NCBI GenBank assembly: GCA_030390025.1
Contig: CM059432.1
Span: forward strand, 50,346,001-50,410,000
Direction: 5' to 3'
DNA: 64,000 bases
Source of the DNA: Squalus acanthias
Taxonomy: Eukaryota
Each line of letters begins with the position of its first letter. The stretch's first letter is position 1. The notes beneath the pieces were generated by a model. The model worked only from the letters and a program-made list of their open reading frames with translations, did not search any database and had not been told where the DNA came from. Position numbers and translations under genes: made by a program. Shown in pieces: positions 14,290 to 27,095 of the stretch.

Positions 14290-15182
14290 GGGGGAAAAAT
14301 TCAGTTGGTTGCGCCTCCCGTTAGCGCCTTAAGAGAGCGCTAATGGGGCGCAAAGCAGCTAGCGCCCGGGCGCAGCGATGTTTGCGCCGCTCGCGAACTT
14401 AACTAGACATTTTGCGGCGGCGCTAAACTTTATCGCCGCGATCTCCTGCGCCGGCAGATCATGACGTCACTCGAGTGCGCAACGCCCCGGTATCGCCCCG
14501 GAGCGGATATTGAGTGGCGCTCCCTGCCTTACCGCCTGACGCTAGCAACGACAGGTTGAGGGGAGCATTCTGCAGTCATGAAGGGAAAGGGGGAGCGCTA
14601 TTTAAAGGTGTCCGCTTCCTGCCTTTTATTGTTGGTGCCATTTTTGAACTACGCATTCTGAGAGAGAGAGGGAGAGACTTCTGGAGAGATTCAACGTTGT
14701 GTGAAGGAGTTTTGGGTACTGAGCAGCACTTTGCAGGTTCATTTTGATTTGCCATTCCTTGTATCGATTTAGCAGAGACTGTGGGGGCTGCACTCTGAGC
14801 TCTTTGCCTGGCACTCTCCATTGTTCTTTCCAGCACATTTGATGTGCAGGTCTCTCCAGGCCGAGATTCAAGGCTGCAATGAGCAGGATGTGGATGGAAA
14901 GCAAGATTAACCATCCCCTTTAAGAACTGGCCCATGCCATTGTGTGTGTGTTCCATTGCTGACTGACATTACATGAGCTTCGCCAGCGCTCTGAGGTAGC
15001 GCCTCGCTCCTCGGCCTTTGCGCCTTAAGACAGGTGTGAAGCGCCTGATTTAGCGCTGCAATCACCTCCAGGGGCGATAAAAGTCAAGTTTGCAGTCGGT
15101 GGCGATAATTAGTGCCAGGCGCTAATCTTTGCGCCCGGCCGATATTTGCGCCCCAAACGGGGCGCGACTGAATTTTTCCCCC
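14290..15182. mobile_element. Harbinger-type MITE, copy 1
   Basis: Perfect TIRs GGGGGAAAAATTCAGT / ACTGAATTTTTCCCCC with a 3-bp TSD ATG on both sides; a second copy lies at 20490-21381. Confidence 0.88.
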
Positions 15183-15220
15183 ATGGTCTCTTATTATTGA
15201 GTCACCAACCAATAGAAATA

Positions 15221-16096
15221 GAGGGAATATTGGGCGCTGTAGTGCCCATTTTTTAGGCACTACGCAACCTCCTAACGCTCTAAAATCACGTTCGAGGTGC
15301 GTAGTTCCGACGGGAAGTGCGCCGAAAGCCATCTTGGTAAAGGGGCTTGCAGTCCTCCACGTAATGACTGCCGGCAGCATGCAGAGCAGGCAGATTATGA
15401 TACCAGTCAGTGTGAAACACTGATCTGACGCGAGCACTGCCATTTTCAAACGCCATGCTCCAGCCTACGCCCTTTCTTAACCTTGCACAGCTGAACACAG
15501 GTTCAATGGCATGAAGGACCCCCCGCCAGCGCAACTTAAAGGGATCATGAACTACTTACAGGTTAGTTGCTGGATTATTTCTTCTGGCTGTTGGTGCAAT
15601 TGTACATGTTTTTGGAGCTTTCCTATACTTGGCTAAAGTTTGAATACTTAACAGGGAGTGGTCTGGCTGGTGCTGAAGTATTTTTTGGTCACTTAAAAGC
15701 TTGTGCTGAAACAAGTTGCTTCCAGACAACTCATACTTCCGGGTTTCCCATTCGGAATTCCTTCCCCACTCTCTTCATGGCCCTGAGTAAAAGTCGGGGC
15801 CATCATCCCCGCAGCAAATTGAATTTTACATTCTCATCATCACTTTCAAATCCCTCCAGCACCTCACCCCATCCTAACTTAGAGATCTCCTGTTCATTCA
15901 GCTACTGTGCTCCTGCACTATGAAATCCTTTGCAGATTTCCCTCCGCCTTGCTACCTCCCCTCTATTTTCAGGTTACAGATTCTGATGATGTACTATTCT
16001 ACTGCTAATGGTGCTGCCAATTATGGGATGAAAATAATGGGGTATATAATGGGCGGGCAGATTCGTGCCCATGTGGTGAAGATGAAAATTTACCCC
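15221..16096 (+). mobile_element. Non-autonomous Harbinger derivative
   Basis: The first ~400 bp match the reverse complement of 57990-58360 (e.g. AAAGGGATCAT...AACTACTTACAGGTTAGTTGCTG). It ends in AAAATTTACCCC. Confidence 0.65.
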
Positions 16097-16539
16097 AGCC
16101 ATAGTTCGAGAGGACCATCTGTCCTGGATATGGAAAGTGTTCTCCACATTGATGTTGTTGCCTTTATTCATAATACTACGTGCCTCTGAAATGTTAATTT
16201 ATGTAGTTTTACTAGAGGACATTTCAAAGGCAAAATGTTTTTTTTGTAGTTTAATGCCTGAAACATTTGTATAAGAGCTGGAAGTTTTCCCTGAAGATTT
16301 CAGTTCCCTGATTCACATTGCTTATTTTCAGTGTAGGCGGGGTAAGAGGAACTCTCTGATTGCGATCACTCATCAAATAGCTGTTCATCAGAAATTCTGT
16401 TACAAGATTCTGGAAGTGGCTACAGATACTTCGGACTTTTTATTGTTTTTGAAGGCATGTAAGTATTGCGTAAATCATGTATTCTGCAGATAGTTACTTG
16501 CTGTGTGTCATTTGCTTCTATATAGTAATCGAAGGTAGA

Positions 16540-16870
16540 CAGACAGAAGATGTTTCCACTCGTGGGGAAAACAAAAACTACGGGCCATAAATATAAGATA
16601 GTCACTAATAAATCCAATAAAGAATTCAGGATAAACTTCTTTACCCAGAGAGTGGTTAGAATGTGGAGCTTACTATCACGTGGAGTAGTTGAGTCAAATA
16701 GCATAGATGCCTTTAAGGGGAAGGGAGATAAGTACAAGTCAGAAAGAAATAAAAGGTTACGCTGATGGAGTTAGATGAAGAGGGGTGGGAGGAGGCTCAT
16801 GTGGGGCATAAACACCAACATAGACCAGTTAGGCCGAATGGCTTGTTTCTGTGCTGTACATTCTATGTAA
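16540..16870 (+). mobile_element. CR1 3' end fragment
   Basis: MFPLVGKTKTTGH...NFFTQRVVRMW plus the 3' UTR ending TTCTATGTAA. Confidence 0.85.
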
Positions 16871-17566
16871 TTTGTAAATAAATGTAACTCTTAACTTGAA
16901 CAATATGGTCTGACAGTGTGATATTTACTGCCTTTCCAACTAGAATAAAGAACACAATGAACAGTGGTCCACCTAGTCTCCAATGCAAAATACTACAGTA
17001 AAAAGGTAACTATTAATTGTGTAGCACGTTATCCCATTCATGTCGCCTATAAGATTGCAAATTTCAGTTCATTTCATTATATTTGATGGGAGAGCATCAG
17101 CACCTAGAGCAATGCCACATAGTACACAACATTTTAAGGATTCTGAGATGGACTTTTTGAATAAGTCTAGTATAAATGGATGAGACAGAGTAGAAAGAAA
17201 AAGATTGTTTCCAGTGGTTGAAGGGTATAGAACGAGAGCATAAAGCAATAAGACTAAATGTAAGAGATTTAGGATAGACAGCAGTAGAATTTTTTTTACA
17301 AATAAAGTTGTAAGGCTGCAGAGTTCACTACTGAAGCTAGTGAGTGGAGCAGGGACCATGACCTCCTATATTTACAGGGGGGCAGGAGGTGGGGGATGGT
17401 TGTAGCGACTGCGAAACCCGAAAGTACGGGTTTCCCAGAGGTACTGATAAATTTAACGGCAGGACCTGATTCAAGTGGTTTGATAGTATTGGTAGAGTGA
17501 GAGATATGCCGGGCCATAATGTTACAGATTGTGGTGGAATACAATTCTGCTGCTGCTGATGGCCCA

Positions 17567-18760
17567 CAGTGCCTCATGAATGCCCAGTTTTGAGCTACTA
17601 GATCTGTTCTGAATCTATCCCATTTCGCACGGTGGTAGTGCTACATAGCACGATGGATGGTGTCCTCAGCGCGAAGACGGGACTTCATCTCCACAAGGAC
17701 TGTGCGGTGGTCACTGCTACCAATGCTGTGATGGACAGATGCATCTGCGACAGGTAGATTGGTGAGGGCGAGGTCAAGTAGGTTTTTCCCTCGTGTTGGT
17801 TCTCTCACCACCTGCCGCAGACCCAGTCTGGCAGCTATGTCCTTCAGGACTCAGCCAGCTCAGTCAGTAGTGGTGCTACTGAGCCACTCCTGGTGATGGA
17901 CATTGAAGTCCCCCACCCAGAGTAAACTCTGTGCCCTTGCTACCCTCAGTGCTTCTTCCAAGTGGTGTTCAACATGGAGGAGTACTGATTCATCAGCTGA
18001 GGGAGGGTGGTAGGTGGTAATCAGCAGGAGTTTTCATTGCCCATGCTTGACCTGAACCCATGAGACTTCATGGGGTCCGGAGTCAATGTTGAGGACTCCC
18101 AGGGCCACTCCTTCCCGACTGTATACCACTGTGCTGCCACGTCTGGTGGGTCTGTCCTGCCGTGGGACAGGACATATCCAGGGATGGTGATGGAGGAGTC
18201 AGGGACATAGGCTGAAAGGTATGATTCTGTGAGTATGGCTATGTCAGGCTGTTGCTTGACTAGTCTGTGGGGCAGCTCTCCCAATTTTGCCACAAGTCCC
18301 CAGATGATGGTGAGGAGGACTTTGCAGGGTTGACAGTGCTAGATGTGCCATTGTTGTGTTCGAAGCTGGTGCCTTGGTTGATGCCGGGTAGTCCATCCGG
18401 TTTTATTCTTATTTTGGATTTTCGTAGCAGTTTGTTACAACTGAGTGGCTTGCTAGGCCATTTCAGTGGGCAGTTAAGAGTCAACCACATTGCTGTGGGT
18501 CTGGATTCACATATAGGCCAGTCTGGGTAATGGCGGCAGATTTCCTTTCCGAAAGGGCATTAGTGAGCCAGATGGATTTTTATGACAATCCGATAGTTTC
18601 ATGGTCATGGTCACCATTACTGATGTTAGCTTTTTATTCCAGATTTATTTAATTAACGATGTAAATTCCCCAGCTGTCGTGGTGGATTTGAATTCATATC
18701 TCCGGATCATTAGTCCAGGTCTCTGGATTACTGGTCCAGTAACAGAACCACTATGCTAAC
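17567..18760 (-). mobile_element. 5' part of a second LINE family: tRNA-like head followed by an AP-endonuclease domain
   Basis: The minus strand begins TAGCATAGTGGTT...TTCAAATCC (A/B-box-like, same head as 25597 and 31650). It then reads KLGELPHRLVKQQPDIAILTESYL...IPGYVL, followed by a GDFNVHH motif. Confidence 0.8.
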
Positions 18761-19126
18761 ATTCCATGCATCAGTTCTAAGATGGCTATTTGCTAACATT
18801 AAAAGTTTATTTTTTATCGATATCACTAGTCTATCACATGTTATCATTTGGACATTATTGTTGAGACTGATCTCTGCTTTTTGACAGCATAGTCATGAGA
18901 TTATTTTGCAAGCTATCGAACAATAAGGTGTCAGCTCAACATTTCTTAGCATCTAAAGGAATTGAGAGACTAACCTCTCATAAGCAGGGAACTTAATGGA
19001 AAATATCATTGTAGAGGAGATTCTGAGAGCGTCACAGTCCAACTCTCTCACCATAGCCATGATCCCTTTCCCCTATTCCACCACAGCAGCCGGGGCATTT
19101 ACATTGTTAATTAAATAAATCTGGAA

Positions 19127-21415
19127 TCCTCCCCGCATCCACCCGATCCAACCCCTTCACAATCTTATATGTTTCAATAAGATCGCCTCTCATTCTTCTG
19201 AACTCTAATGAGTAGAGTCCCAATCTACCCAACCTCTCCTCATATGTCCATCCCCTCATCCCCGGGATTAACCGAGTGAACCTTCTTTGTACTGACTCGA
19301 GAGCAAGTATGTCTTTTCTTAAGTATGGACACCAAAACTGTATGCAGTATTCCAGGTGCGGTCTCACCAATACCTTGTACAACTGAAGCAATACCTCCCT
19401 ATTTTTATATTCTATCCCCCTAGCAATGAAAGCCAACATTCCATTGGCCTTCTTAATCACTTGCTGCACCTGCATACTAACCTTTTGAGTTTCGTGCACC
19501 AAGACCCCCAGATCCCTTTGTACTTCAGTACTTTCCAGTTTCTTGCTATTAAGATAATAACTTGCTCTACTATTTTTCCTGCCAAAGTGCATAACCTCAC
19601 ACTTTCCAGTATTGTATTCCATCTGCCAAATCTCTGCCCACTTACTTAGCCTGTCTATGTCCCCTTGCAGATTTTTAATGTCCTCCTCACTCACTACTTT
19701 CCCTCCCATCTTAGCATCATCTGCAAACTTTGATATGTTACACTCGGTCCCCTCCTCCAAATTGTTAATATAGATTGTAAAGAGTTGGGGACCCAGCACT
19801 GACCCCTGCGGAACACCACTAGTTACTGATTGCCAGTCTGAGAATGAACCATTTATCCCAACTCTCTGCCTTCTGTTAGATAGCCAATCCTCTATCCATG
19901 CCAGAATATTACCCCCAATCCCGTGATTTTTTATCTTAAGCAATAATCTTTTGTGTGGCACCTTGTCAAATGCCTTTTGGAAGTCTAAATACACCACATC
20001 CACTGGTTCCCCTTTATCCACCCTGTATGTTACTTCCTCAAAGAACTCCAGCAAATTTGTCAAACATGACTTCACCTTCATAAAACCATGCTGACTTTGT
20101 CCTATTAAATTATGATTATCCAAATGTCCCGTTACTGTCTCCTTAATAATGGACTCCAAAATTTTACCTACCACAGATGTTAGGCTAACCTGTCTATAGT
20201 TTCCAGCCTTCTGTCTACTGCCCTTTTTAAATAAGGGTGTTACATTAGCAGTTTTCCAGTCTGCTGGGATCTTTGCTGAGTCCAGGGAGTTTTGGAAAAT
20301 TATTACCAATGCATCCACAATCCTTACCGCCACTTCCCTCAAGACCCTAGGATGTAGGCCATCAGGTCCAGGTGATTTATCTGCCTTGAGTCCCATTACT
20401 TTACCGAGTACCACTTCCTTAGTGCTTTTGATCGTGTTTAGCTCCTCCCCCCCATAGCCCCCTGTTTGTCCAGTGTTGGGATATTCTTAGGGGTAAAAAT
20501 TCAGTTGGTTGCGCCTCCCGTTAGCGCCTTAAGAGGGCGCTAATGGGGCGCAAAGCCGCTAACGCCCGGGCGCAGCGATGTTTGCGCCGCTCGAGAACTT
20601 AACTTGAGATTGTGCGGCGGCGCTAAAACTTACCGCTGCGACCACCTGCGCGCGCAGATTGTGACGTCATTCCATGGTGCAACGCCCTTGTGACGCCCCG
20701 TAGCGGAAATTGAGTGGCGCCCCCTGCCTTACCGCCTGGCGCTTCCAACGACCAGAAGACTGGAACGCTATCAATCGCTGTGGGGCTGGGGGGGGTGCTA
20801 TTTAAAGGGGGCCTCTTCCTGTCTTTTATTGTTGGTGGCATTTTTGAACTACGCATTCTGAGAGCGAGAGGGAGAGACTTCTGGAGAGATTCAATGTTGT
20901 GTGAAGGAGTTTGGGGTACTGAGCAGCACTTTGCAGGTTCATTTTGATTTGCCATTCCTTGTATCGATTTAGCAGAGACTGTGGGAGCTGCACTCTGAGC
21001 TCTTTGCCTGGTACTCTCCATTGTTCTTTCCAGCACATTTGATGTGCAAGTCTCTCCAGGCCGAGATTCAAGGCTGCAATGAACAGGATGTGGATGGAAA
21101 GCAAGATTAACCATCCCCTTTAAGAACTGGCCCATGCCATTGTGTGTGTGTTCCATTGCTGACTGACATTACATGAGCTTCGCCAGCGCTCTGAGGTAGC
21201 GCCTCACTCCTTGGCCTTTGCGCCTTAAGACAGGTGTGCAGCGCCAGCTTTAGCGCTCCACTCACCTCCCGGGGCGGTAAAAGTGACGTTTCCAGTCAGT
21301 GCCGATAATTAGCGCCAGGCGCTAATATTTGCATCCAGACGATATTTGCGCCCCAAATGGGGCGTGACCTAATTTCTACCCTTAGTGTCCTCTACTGTAA
21401 AGACTGATATAAAAT
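19127..21415 (-). mobile_element. CR1 LINE fragment with uninterrupted RT ORF (19107-20414), split by a MITE
   Basis: 435-aa ORF with [26 protein letters not shown] and SKFADD. CR1 sequence resumes at 21382-21415 after the MITE. Confidence 0.95.
20490..21381. mobile_element. Harbinger-type MITE, copy 2
   Basis: Colinear with 14290-15182. Inserted in CR1 with TTA on both sides; removing it restores ATATTCTTAGTGTCC. Confidence 0.88.
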
Positions 21416-22693
21416 AGTAAGATTTCCAAAATTTACAGATCCACAAAACCTAAGGAAAAAGGACTTTGGAACTACCTCAGAGTGATAAAAATGCATTTGG
21501 GCCGAACATAAGGAATTTAAGACCAAAAACCAAGTTTTGGCATTTTAAAAACATGTCTGGGCCTGTAAAGGGAGAAAAGGCTGTGAAGGAAGAAGGGTTC
21601 AACCTCTGTAAAGGCAGTTTTGGGTATTGCAGTTAATTGCATTGTCTGGGGAACCGGGATGACCTCACTCAAAGCCCCAGCAAGCATTAACATTTCGACA
21701 ACAGACCCTAGGAGAAGACAGTCCCACCCAAAACAACAGGTCCCATCAAAACCGTTTACAGAACCCATTAAAGACATGCATAAAGCAAATATTCTATAGA
21801 AGTCCTAGGCCCAGTCAAGAAACCCAAAACATGAGGACAATTCAAACTCTGATTAAACAACAGATCGACAGGATGGAGCTATCCTGAAACCACTTCACAC
21901 ATTTACAAAACCAGTTAACACGCTAGTAAAGTCGTTACTGTTAACGAGGTCTTACAATGACCGGGATTTGATTTGGTTTTGATAAGGCCACTTCAATTTA
22001 GTATAATTGAAGGCCCATCAAGCAGTTCAGCAGTTACATCAGTTACAAGTTCGAGTTCTCCAGTAACAACAGTTCAAGTTCAACAAAAGGCAGTTCTGCA
22101 GTTTTGGATTTCAATTGAAAGCCTCTTCTGCAAGAAGACAGTTACAGTTCTGCAAGAAGGCAGTTCCACAGCACAGAAGAAGACAGTTTAAACAGAGGCA
22201 GAGTTCAACAGAAACAGTTCAACCAAGAAGGCCAACAGCTCCAGAAGCAGGCCGACACACAAGAAGAGACCAGAGCGACCGCCTCAGAGACCATCGGACA
22301 CCTCGTGGCAACAAGGGCCTTACGAAACTTTTTACTCAAAAGACTCTAAACCCTAACTCTCAACTGTCAAGGATTTGTTTGGTGAGCATTATCCCTGGTT
22401 CTCCAGAGTCCAACCTAGCTAGTGAAGTGGGATTGGGAGGGGTGAAGTATTCTTCTAATGTTATTTCCCTCGCTTGTACCGAAGTGTTCCCCACTTTTAG
22501 AGTGATAAGAGTGTTGTCATTTGTGTTTTACCTTTTAATAAAGATTGAAGTTCTTTCATCAAACTCAGTTGTCTGCTGCACCTTTGTATCACAACCCCCA
22601 AATAAGTCCAAGGTCTAGAACCAAGGGAGTGGGAGCGATTCGAACCGCTCAGAAGTCAGAGGTAAAGCTGACACAAAAACACCACCCCCTACA
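21416..22693 (+). mobile_element. Solo LTR A
   Basis: Ends CACCACCCCCTACA, and its 3' ~330 bp closely match LTR C (48156-49607). AATAAA at 22537. The 5' end reads AGTAAG rather than TGTAAG, and there is no clear TSD. Confidence 0.78.
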
Positions 22694-23735
22694 AATCCTT
22701 TAATCATCTTAAATACTTCAATTAGATCACCTCTTGATCTTCCATATTTAAAGGAATACAAGGCTAGTCTATTCAACCTGGTCTCATAATTTAATCCCTT
22801 TAGCCCCGGTATCATTCTGGTGAATCTGCACTGCACCCCCTCCAGGGCCAATGCTTCCTAAGGTGTGGTGCCCAGAACTGAACGCAATACTCTAAATGAG
22901 GTCTAAGCAGATATCTGTACAGCTGTAACATAACTTCCATCCTTTGTATTCCAGCCCCCTTGAGATAAAGGCTAACATTCCATCAGACTTTTTAATTATT
23001 TTTTGGACCTGTCCACTAGCTTTTAGTGATTTCTGTACTTGGACCCCTAAATCTCTCTGCTCAGCCACAGTTCCTAGCTCCTCACCATTTAGAAAATACT
23101 CTGATCTATCTTTCTTCGGTCCAAAGTGGATGCCCTCACATTTTCCCACATTGAACTCCATCTGCCACCTAACTTAGTGTTGTCAGCAAACTTAGATATA
23201 TGGCTCTCTATTCCTTCACCCAAGTCATTTATAAATAACGTGAAAATCTGTGGCCCCAATACAGATCCTTGGGGGACACCGCTAGTCACATCCTGCCAAT
23301 TGGAGTTCATATGCATTATCCCTACTCTCTGTCTTCTACCTCCTAACCAATTCTCCATCTAAACCTATAGGTTGCCTTGAATTCCATGCGCTCTCATTTT
23401 TATTAACTGTCTCTCTTATGGGAACCTTATTGAAAGCGTTCTGGAAGTCCATATAGATAACATCCATAGATACTCCCTTATCACACCTCAAAAAATTTAA
23501 CTAGGTTCGTTAGACATAACTTACCCTTTACAAATCCATGCTGGCTCTCTCTGATCAGCTCATATATGTCCAAATGTTCAGTTACCTTGTCCCTAATAAC
23601 AGATTCTAGTAACTTTCCCATAACTGACGTTAGACTAATAGGTCTTTAATTTCCTAGTCTATCTCTCTTACCCTTCTTAAATTGTGGAGTGATATTGGCA
23701 ATTTTCCAATACAAGGGGACAATTCCTGAATCGAG
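22694..23735 (-). mobile_element. CR1 RT fragment (older copy)
   Basis: [16 protein letters not shown] and RGDLIEVFKMIKGF in broken frames. Confidence 0.88.
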
Positions 23736-23739
23736 ACAT

Positions 23740-24760
23740 CCTAAGAGGTACAGTTCTTTTGCTCTTAATGCAGGCATCTCCCAGGCTGCAGTGCCTGGTC
23801 TGCTGCTGGTGGCTCTTATATACTATTGTCCTCTCTTCATCCAAGTCCATGGTAAGGCCTCTGTCCATGGCAATAAGTGCAGCATGTGGCATGCTGTTAT
23901 AATTTTGCTGACCTTCACCGGGCGTATGGACCCTCCCCCAAATGGTCCAAATATCAGAAGAATTGCTCTCGCATCCCCAAATGTCTGTTCAGTGAGTGTC
24001 CTGGTTCATCCATGTGCCATGTTGTATTTGTGCTTTTCTAGGATATATGGGTTGTGCAGTAGTGTCATCAACCATGGTTATACAATGTAGCCCATATCTT
24101 GAGCAACAAGCCATCCATCCATCCTCCTTCAAAGAGCTATAGAGATACATAGACGTTACAACACAGAAACAGGCCATTTGTGCTGGCATTCAACTTCCAC
24201 GCGAGCTATGTGATGTTTTATTAATTCAGAATTAAAACAGCATGTATGCTTCATGGGAGGTGTGCATTGATGTGTATTATTTTTCTGGCAGTGGCCACTT
24301 ACGATTTGCACGTTGGTAGAACAACAGACCTTTCTATTTAGGTATACCATAGGATTGTCAGTAGGCACACAACTGGCAACATGCATACAAGTAATGATGT
24401 CCTGTATTTGGGGAAGTGAACAGTGTGGCAAAAATATAGCTGTCTCTGCTGCTACTCTAGCTGAAGTGTATGTAGGTGGGTGTGTGATACAAAAAGCATT
24501 CAGTTTCCCCTTAACACTGTGGATGACATAGCACCTGACCCTTGTAATGCCCTCTTTGGGCATCTGTAAGGTCACTGTAACTTAAAAATTTAGGGCAGTG
24601 GAGGCCTTTATTGCCAATGGTAGTGCATAGTATGATATGGATGGGAATGGTAGGCTGTCCACAGATTAATGTGGACCAGCCGGCGCAACTCAGTCACAGC
24701 CTTTGTGCTGAGGCTCATGGCTCATTTTACCAAACCTCCCCACCCCGACCTGGCGGAAAT
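23740..24760 (-). pseudogene. Harbinger transposase remnant
   Basis: LPQIQDIITCMHVA...VYLNRKVCCSTNVQIVSGH is homologous to the peptides at 3695 and 50606. Confidence 0.75.
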
Positions 24761-25596
24761 TGGGCAGAGGAGCAGTTAAAATGGGGCAGGTCAATTGGGA
24801 TTTTAACGCCACTGTATTTCTTTTCCAGTGTGTGCTTTTTTTCCCCAGCTCTCCCCTTCATTCCTTTATAAATGCTGTTCATCGGTAATAATCTTGCAGT
24901 TTTGACCAAGGGTCTGAAACTGAAATGTAAATGTTCTCCCAGCATTTGATACCTGAACTCCTGAGTCCTTCCAGCATTCAGTATTGTGCTTTTATATATA
25001 TATTTATATATATATATAACATATACAGTATATATAGTTTTCATTTAAGAAAGGCAGAATTAGGAAGTTGTGCAACGCCTTTCACATCCTAAGGATGTCC
25101 CATAGTCCTTCACAGCCAAATGAATTTGTATATTTGTAAACATCACTAAACTATGACTCCACACTTCCTCTCCAGCCCAGCAATTTAAAAACACAATAAT
25201 CATTTCATGCCAGCTCCAGCTGCAGTAAATTAAAAAAGGAAAATTTGAATTTGAATTCAATTTGAATCTGCAGGTGCTGAATGTAAGCAACACAACACAC
25301 ACTCAATGACATGCTGTACGGCAATACGTTTATTGTAAATTCAGCTTTAGACCTGTTTAGTAAGGAGTGATCTGAAAAACTTCTCACCCAATGCTTTGCT
25401 CTACCATTTCTCCTGTCCTGCCATTACACCGAGCTTTGTTATCAACTTGGAAGTGATGTGAGTCAGCCAGCATTAATAGTACAATGGATTCCTCTCATAG
25501 TAATCTCAGTGTGTTGGGTCTAATAAGCCTTCAGCAGTAACACGGTTCAGCACCAATAAAGTCTCTGATTTTCTCAAAGAAATACTTAGGAGGAAG

Positions 25597-25786
25597 GGTA
25601 GCGCAGTGGTTATGTTACTGGTGCAGTAATCCAGAGGCCTTCACTAATAATGTCGCAGTTTAGATCCCACCATGGTAGTTTGAAAATTTGAATTTAAAAG
25701 AAATATTTAAAAGACAATCTGGAAATATAAAACTGGTATCAGTAAACATGCTCATAATGTTGTTGGAGTGTCATAAAAGCCCAGTT
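25597..25786 (+). mobile_element. tRNA-headed SINE 5' part, interrupted by the CR1 (continues about 31522-31567)
   Basis: GGTAGCGCAGTGGTTATGTTACTGG...GATCCCACCATGG matches the head at 31650. The continuation AGGGAAGGAAAGCTGCTGTCCTTACC follows the CR1 tail. Confidence 0.7.
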
Positions 25787-26135
25787 GAAAAGAGCGGCCC
25801 GAGAGTGGACCTGAATTAAAGCAGCGGCGAGAGGATAATGAGCAGCCCGAGAGTGAACCTGAATTAAAGCAGCGGCAGCGCAAGGCTCCGATTCAAAAAC
25901 AACATCAAAGAGTGGCGTCACAGGATAGCAGGTAGGTGATTGGTTGGTGAGTATTACAGCTTTTTTTGCTCTCTAAGTTAGGGAAGGGGGTTAAATTAAG
26001 AACTGAGAAACTGTAACTTGCTAGTACTTATTAAATTAATAACTTAAACAAAATAAAATAATCAAACAATAAACCTAAAATATCGATTGAATAAAATCTT
26101 TAACTAATTAATTAATAAATAAAACAAGGTTAGAG

Positions 26136-27095
26136 ATGGCAGGGCAGGTGGTGTGTTGTAACTGCAGCATGTGGGAGTCTGTGGAGAGCATCGCGATCCC
26201 GAGCAACCACATCTGCAGTAAGTGTCTGCAACTCGAGGAACTTCGGCTCAGAATTGTTGAGCTGGAGTATGAGCTGCAGACATTGTGATGCACCAGGGAG
26301 CGGGAGAGTTAGCTGGACACTTTGTTCCAGGAGGCAGTCACACCCTTTAGGTTAAGTAGTATTTTAGAGTTCGTCAGTGGTCAGGGACAGGAGGGTGTGA
26401 CTGCGAGTCAGGAAGGTATGGGGACCCAGGATGTAGTGATGGAGGAGCCTCAGCCCTGGACCTTGTCCAACAAGTATGAGGTACTTTCTACCTGTATGGA
26501 TGAGGAAAAGGACTGCAGGGAGGATGGGCAAACTGACCACGGCACTGTGGTACAGGGGGCCATCCAAGTGGGGGGAGAAGGAAGGAATGTGGTAGTAGTA
26601 GGGGACAGTATAGTCAGGGGGATAGATACTGTTCTCTGCAGCCATGAAAGAGAGTCCCAAAGGCTGTGTTACCTGCCTGGTGCCAGGGTTCAGGATATCT
26701 CATCACGGCTGGAGAAGAACTTGGAGTGGGAGGGGGAGGATCCAGTTGTCGTGGTCCATGTAGGAACCAACGACATAGGTAGAACTATGAATGAGGTTCT
26801 GCTGAGGGAGTTTGAGGAGCTAGGGTCTAAATTAATAAGCAGAACCACAAGGGTAATAATCTTTGGATTACTACCTGAGCCACGCGCAAATTGGCATAGG
26901 GTCAAGCAGATCAGAGAGTTAAATGCGTGGCTCAAAGAGTGGTGTGGGAAAATGGGGTTTCAATTCAAGGGGCACTGGCACCAGTACTGGGGAAAGAGAG
27001 AGCTGTTCCGTCGGGATGGGCTCCACTTAAACCGGGCTGGGACCAGCGTCCTGGCGAACCGAATAACTAGGGCTGTAGATAGGGCTTTAAACTAA
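26136..27095 (+). pseudogene. CR1 ORF1: zinc finger/leucine zipper plus SGNH esterase domain
   Basis: The ATG at 26136 gives CCNC...CSKC and LEELRLRIVELEYEL, followed by an internal TGA near 26286. Downstream are the SGNH blocks GDSIVRG, HVGTND and DGLHLN. Confidence 0.9.

Noticed and set aside
14576..14956. ORF MEHTHNGMGQ... present in two copies (also 20623-21156)
   Set aside because: It is shared only because the MITE copies are near-identical; the lengths differ and no domain is recognisable.
22115..22618. ORFs inside the solo LTRs (also 37089-37478 and 48820-49038) as viral accessory genes
   Set aside because: They are not conserved in frame or sequence between the three LTRs and are low complexity.
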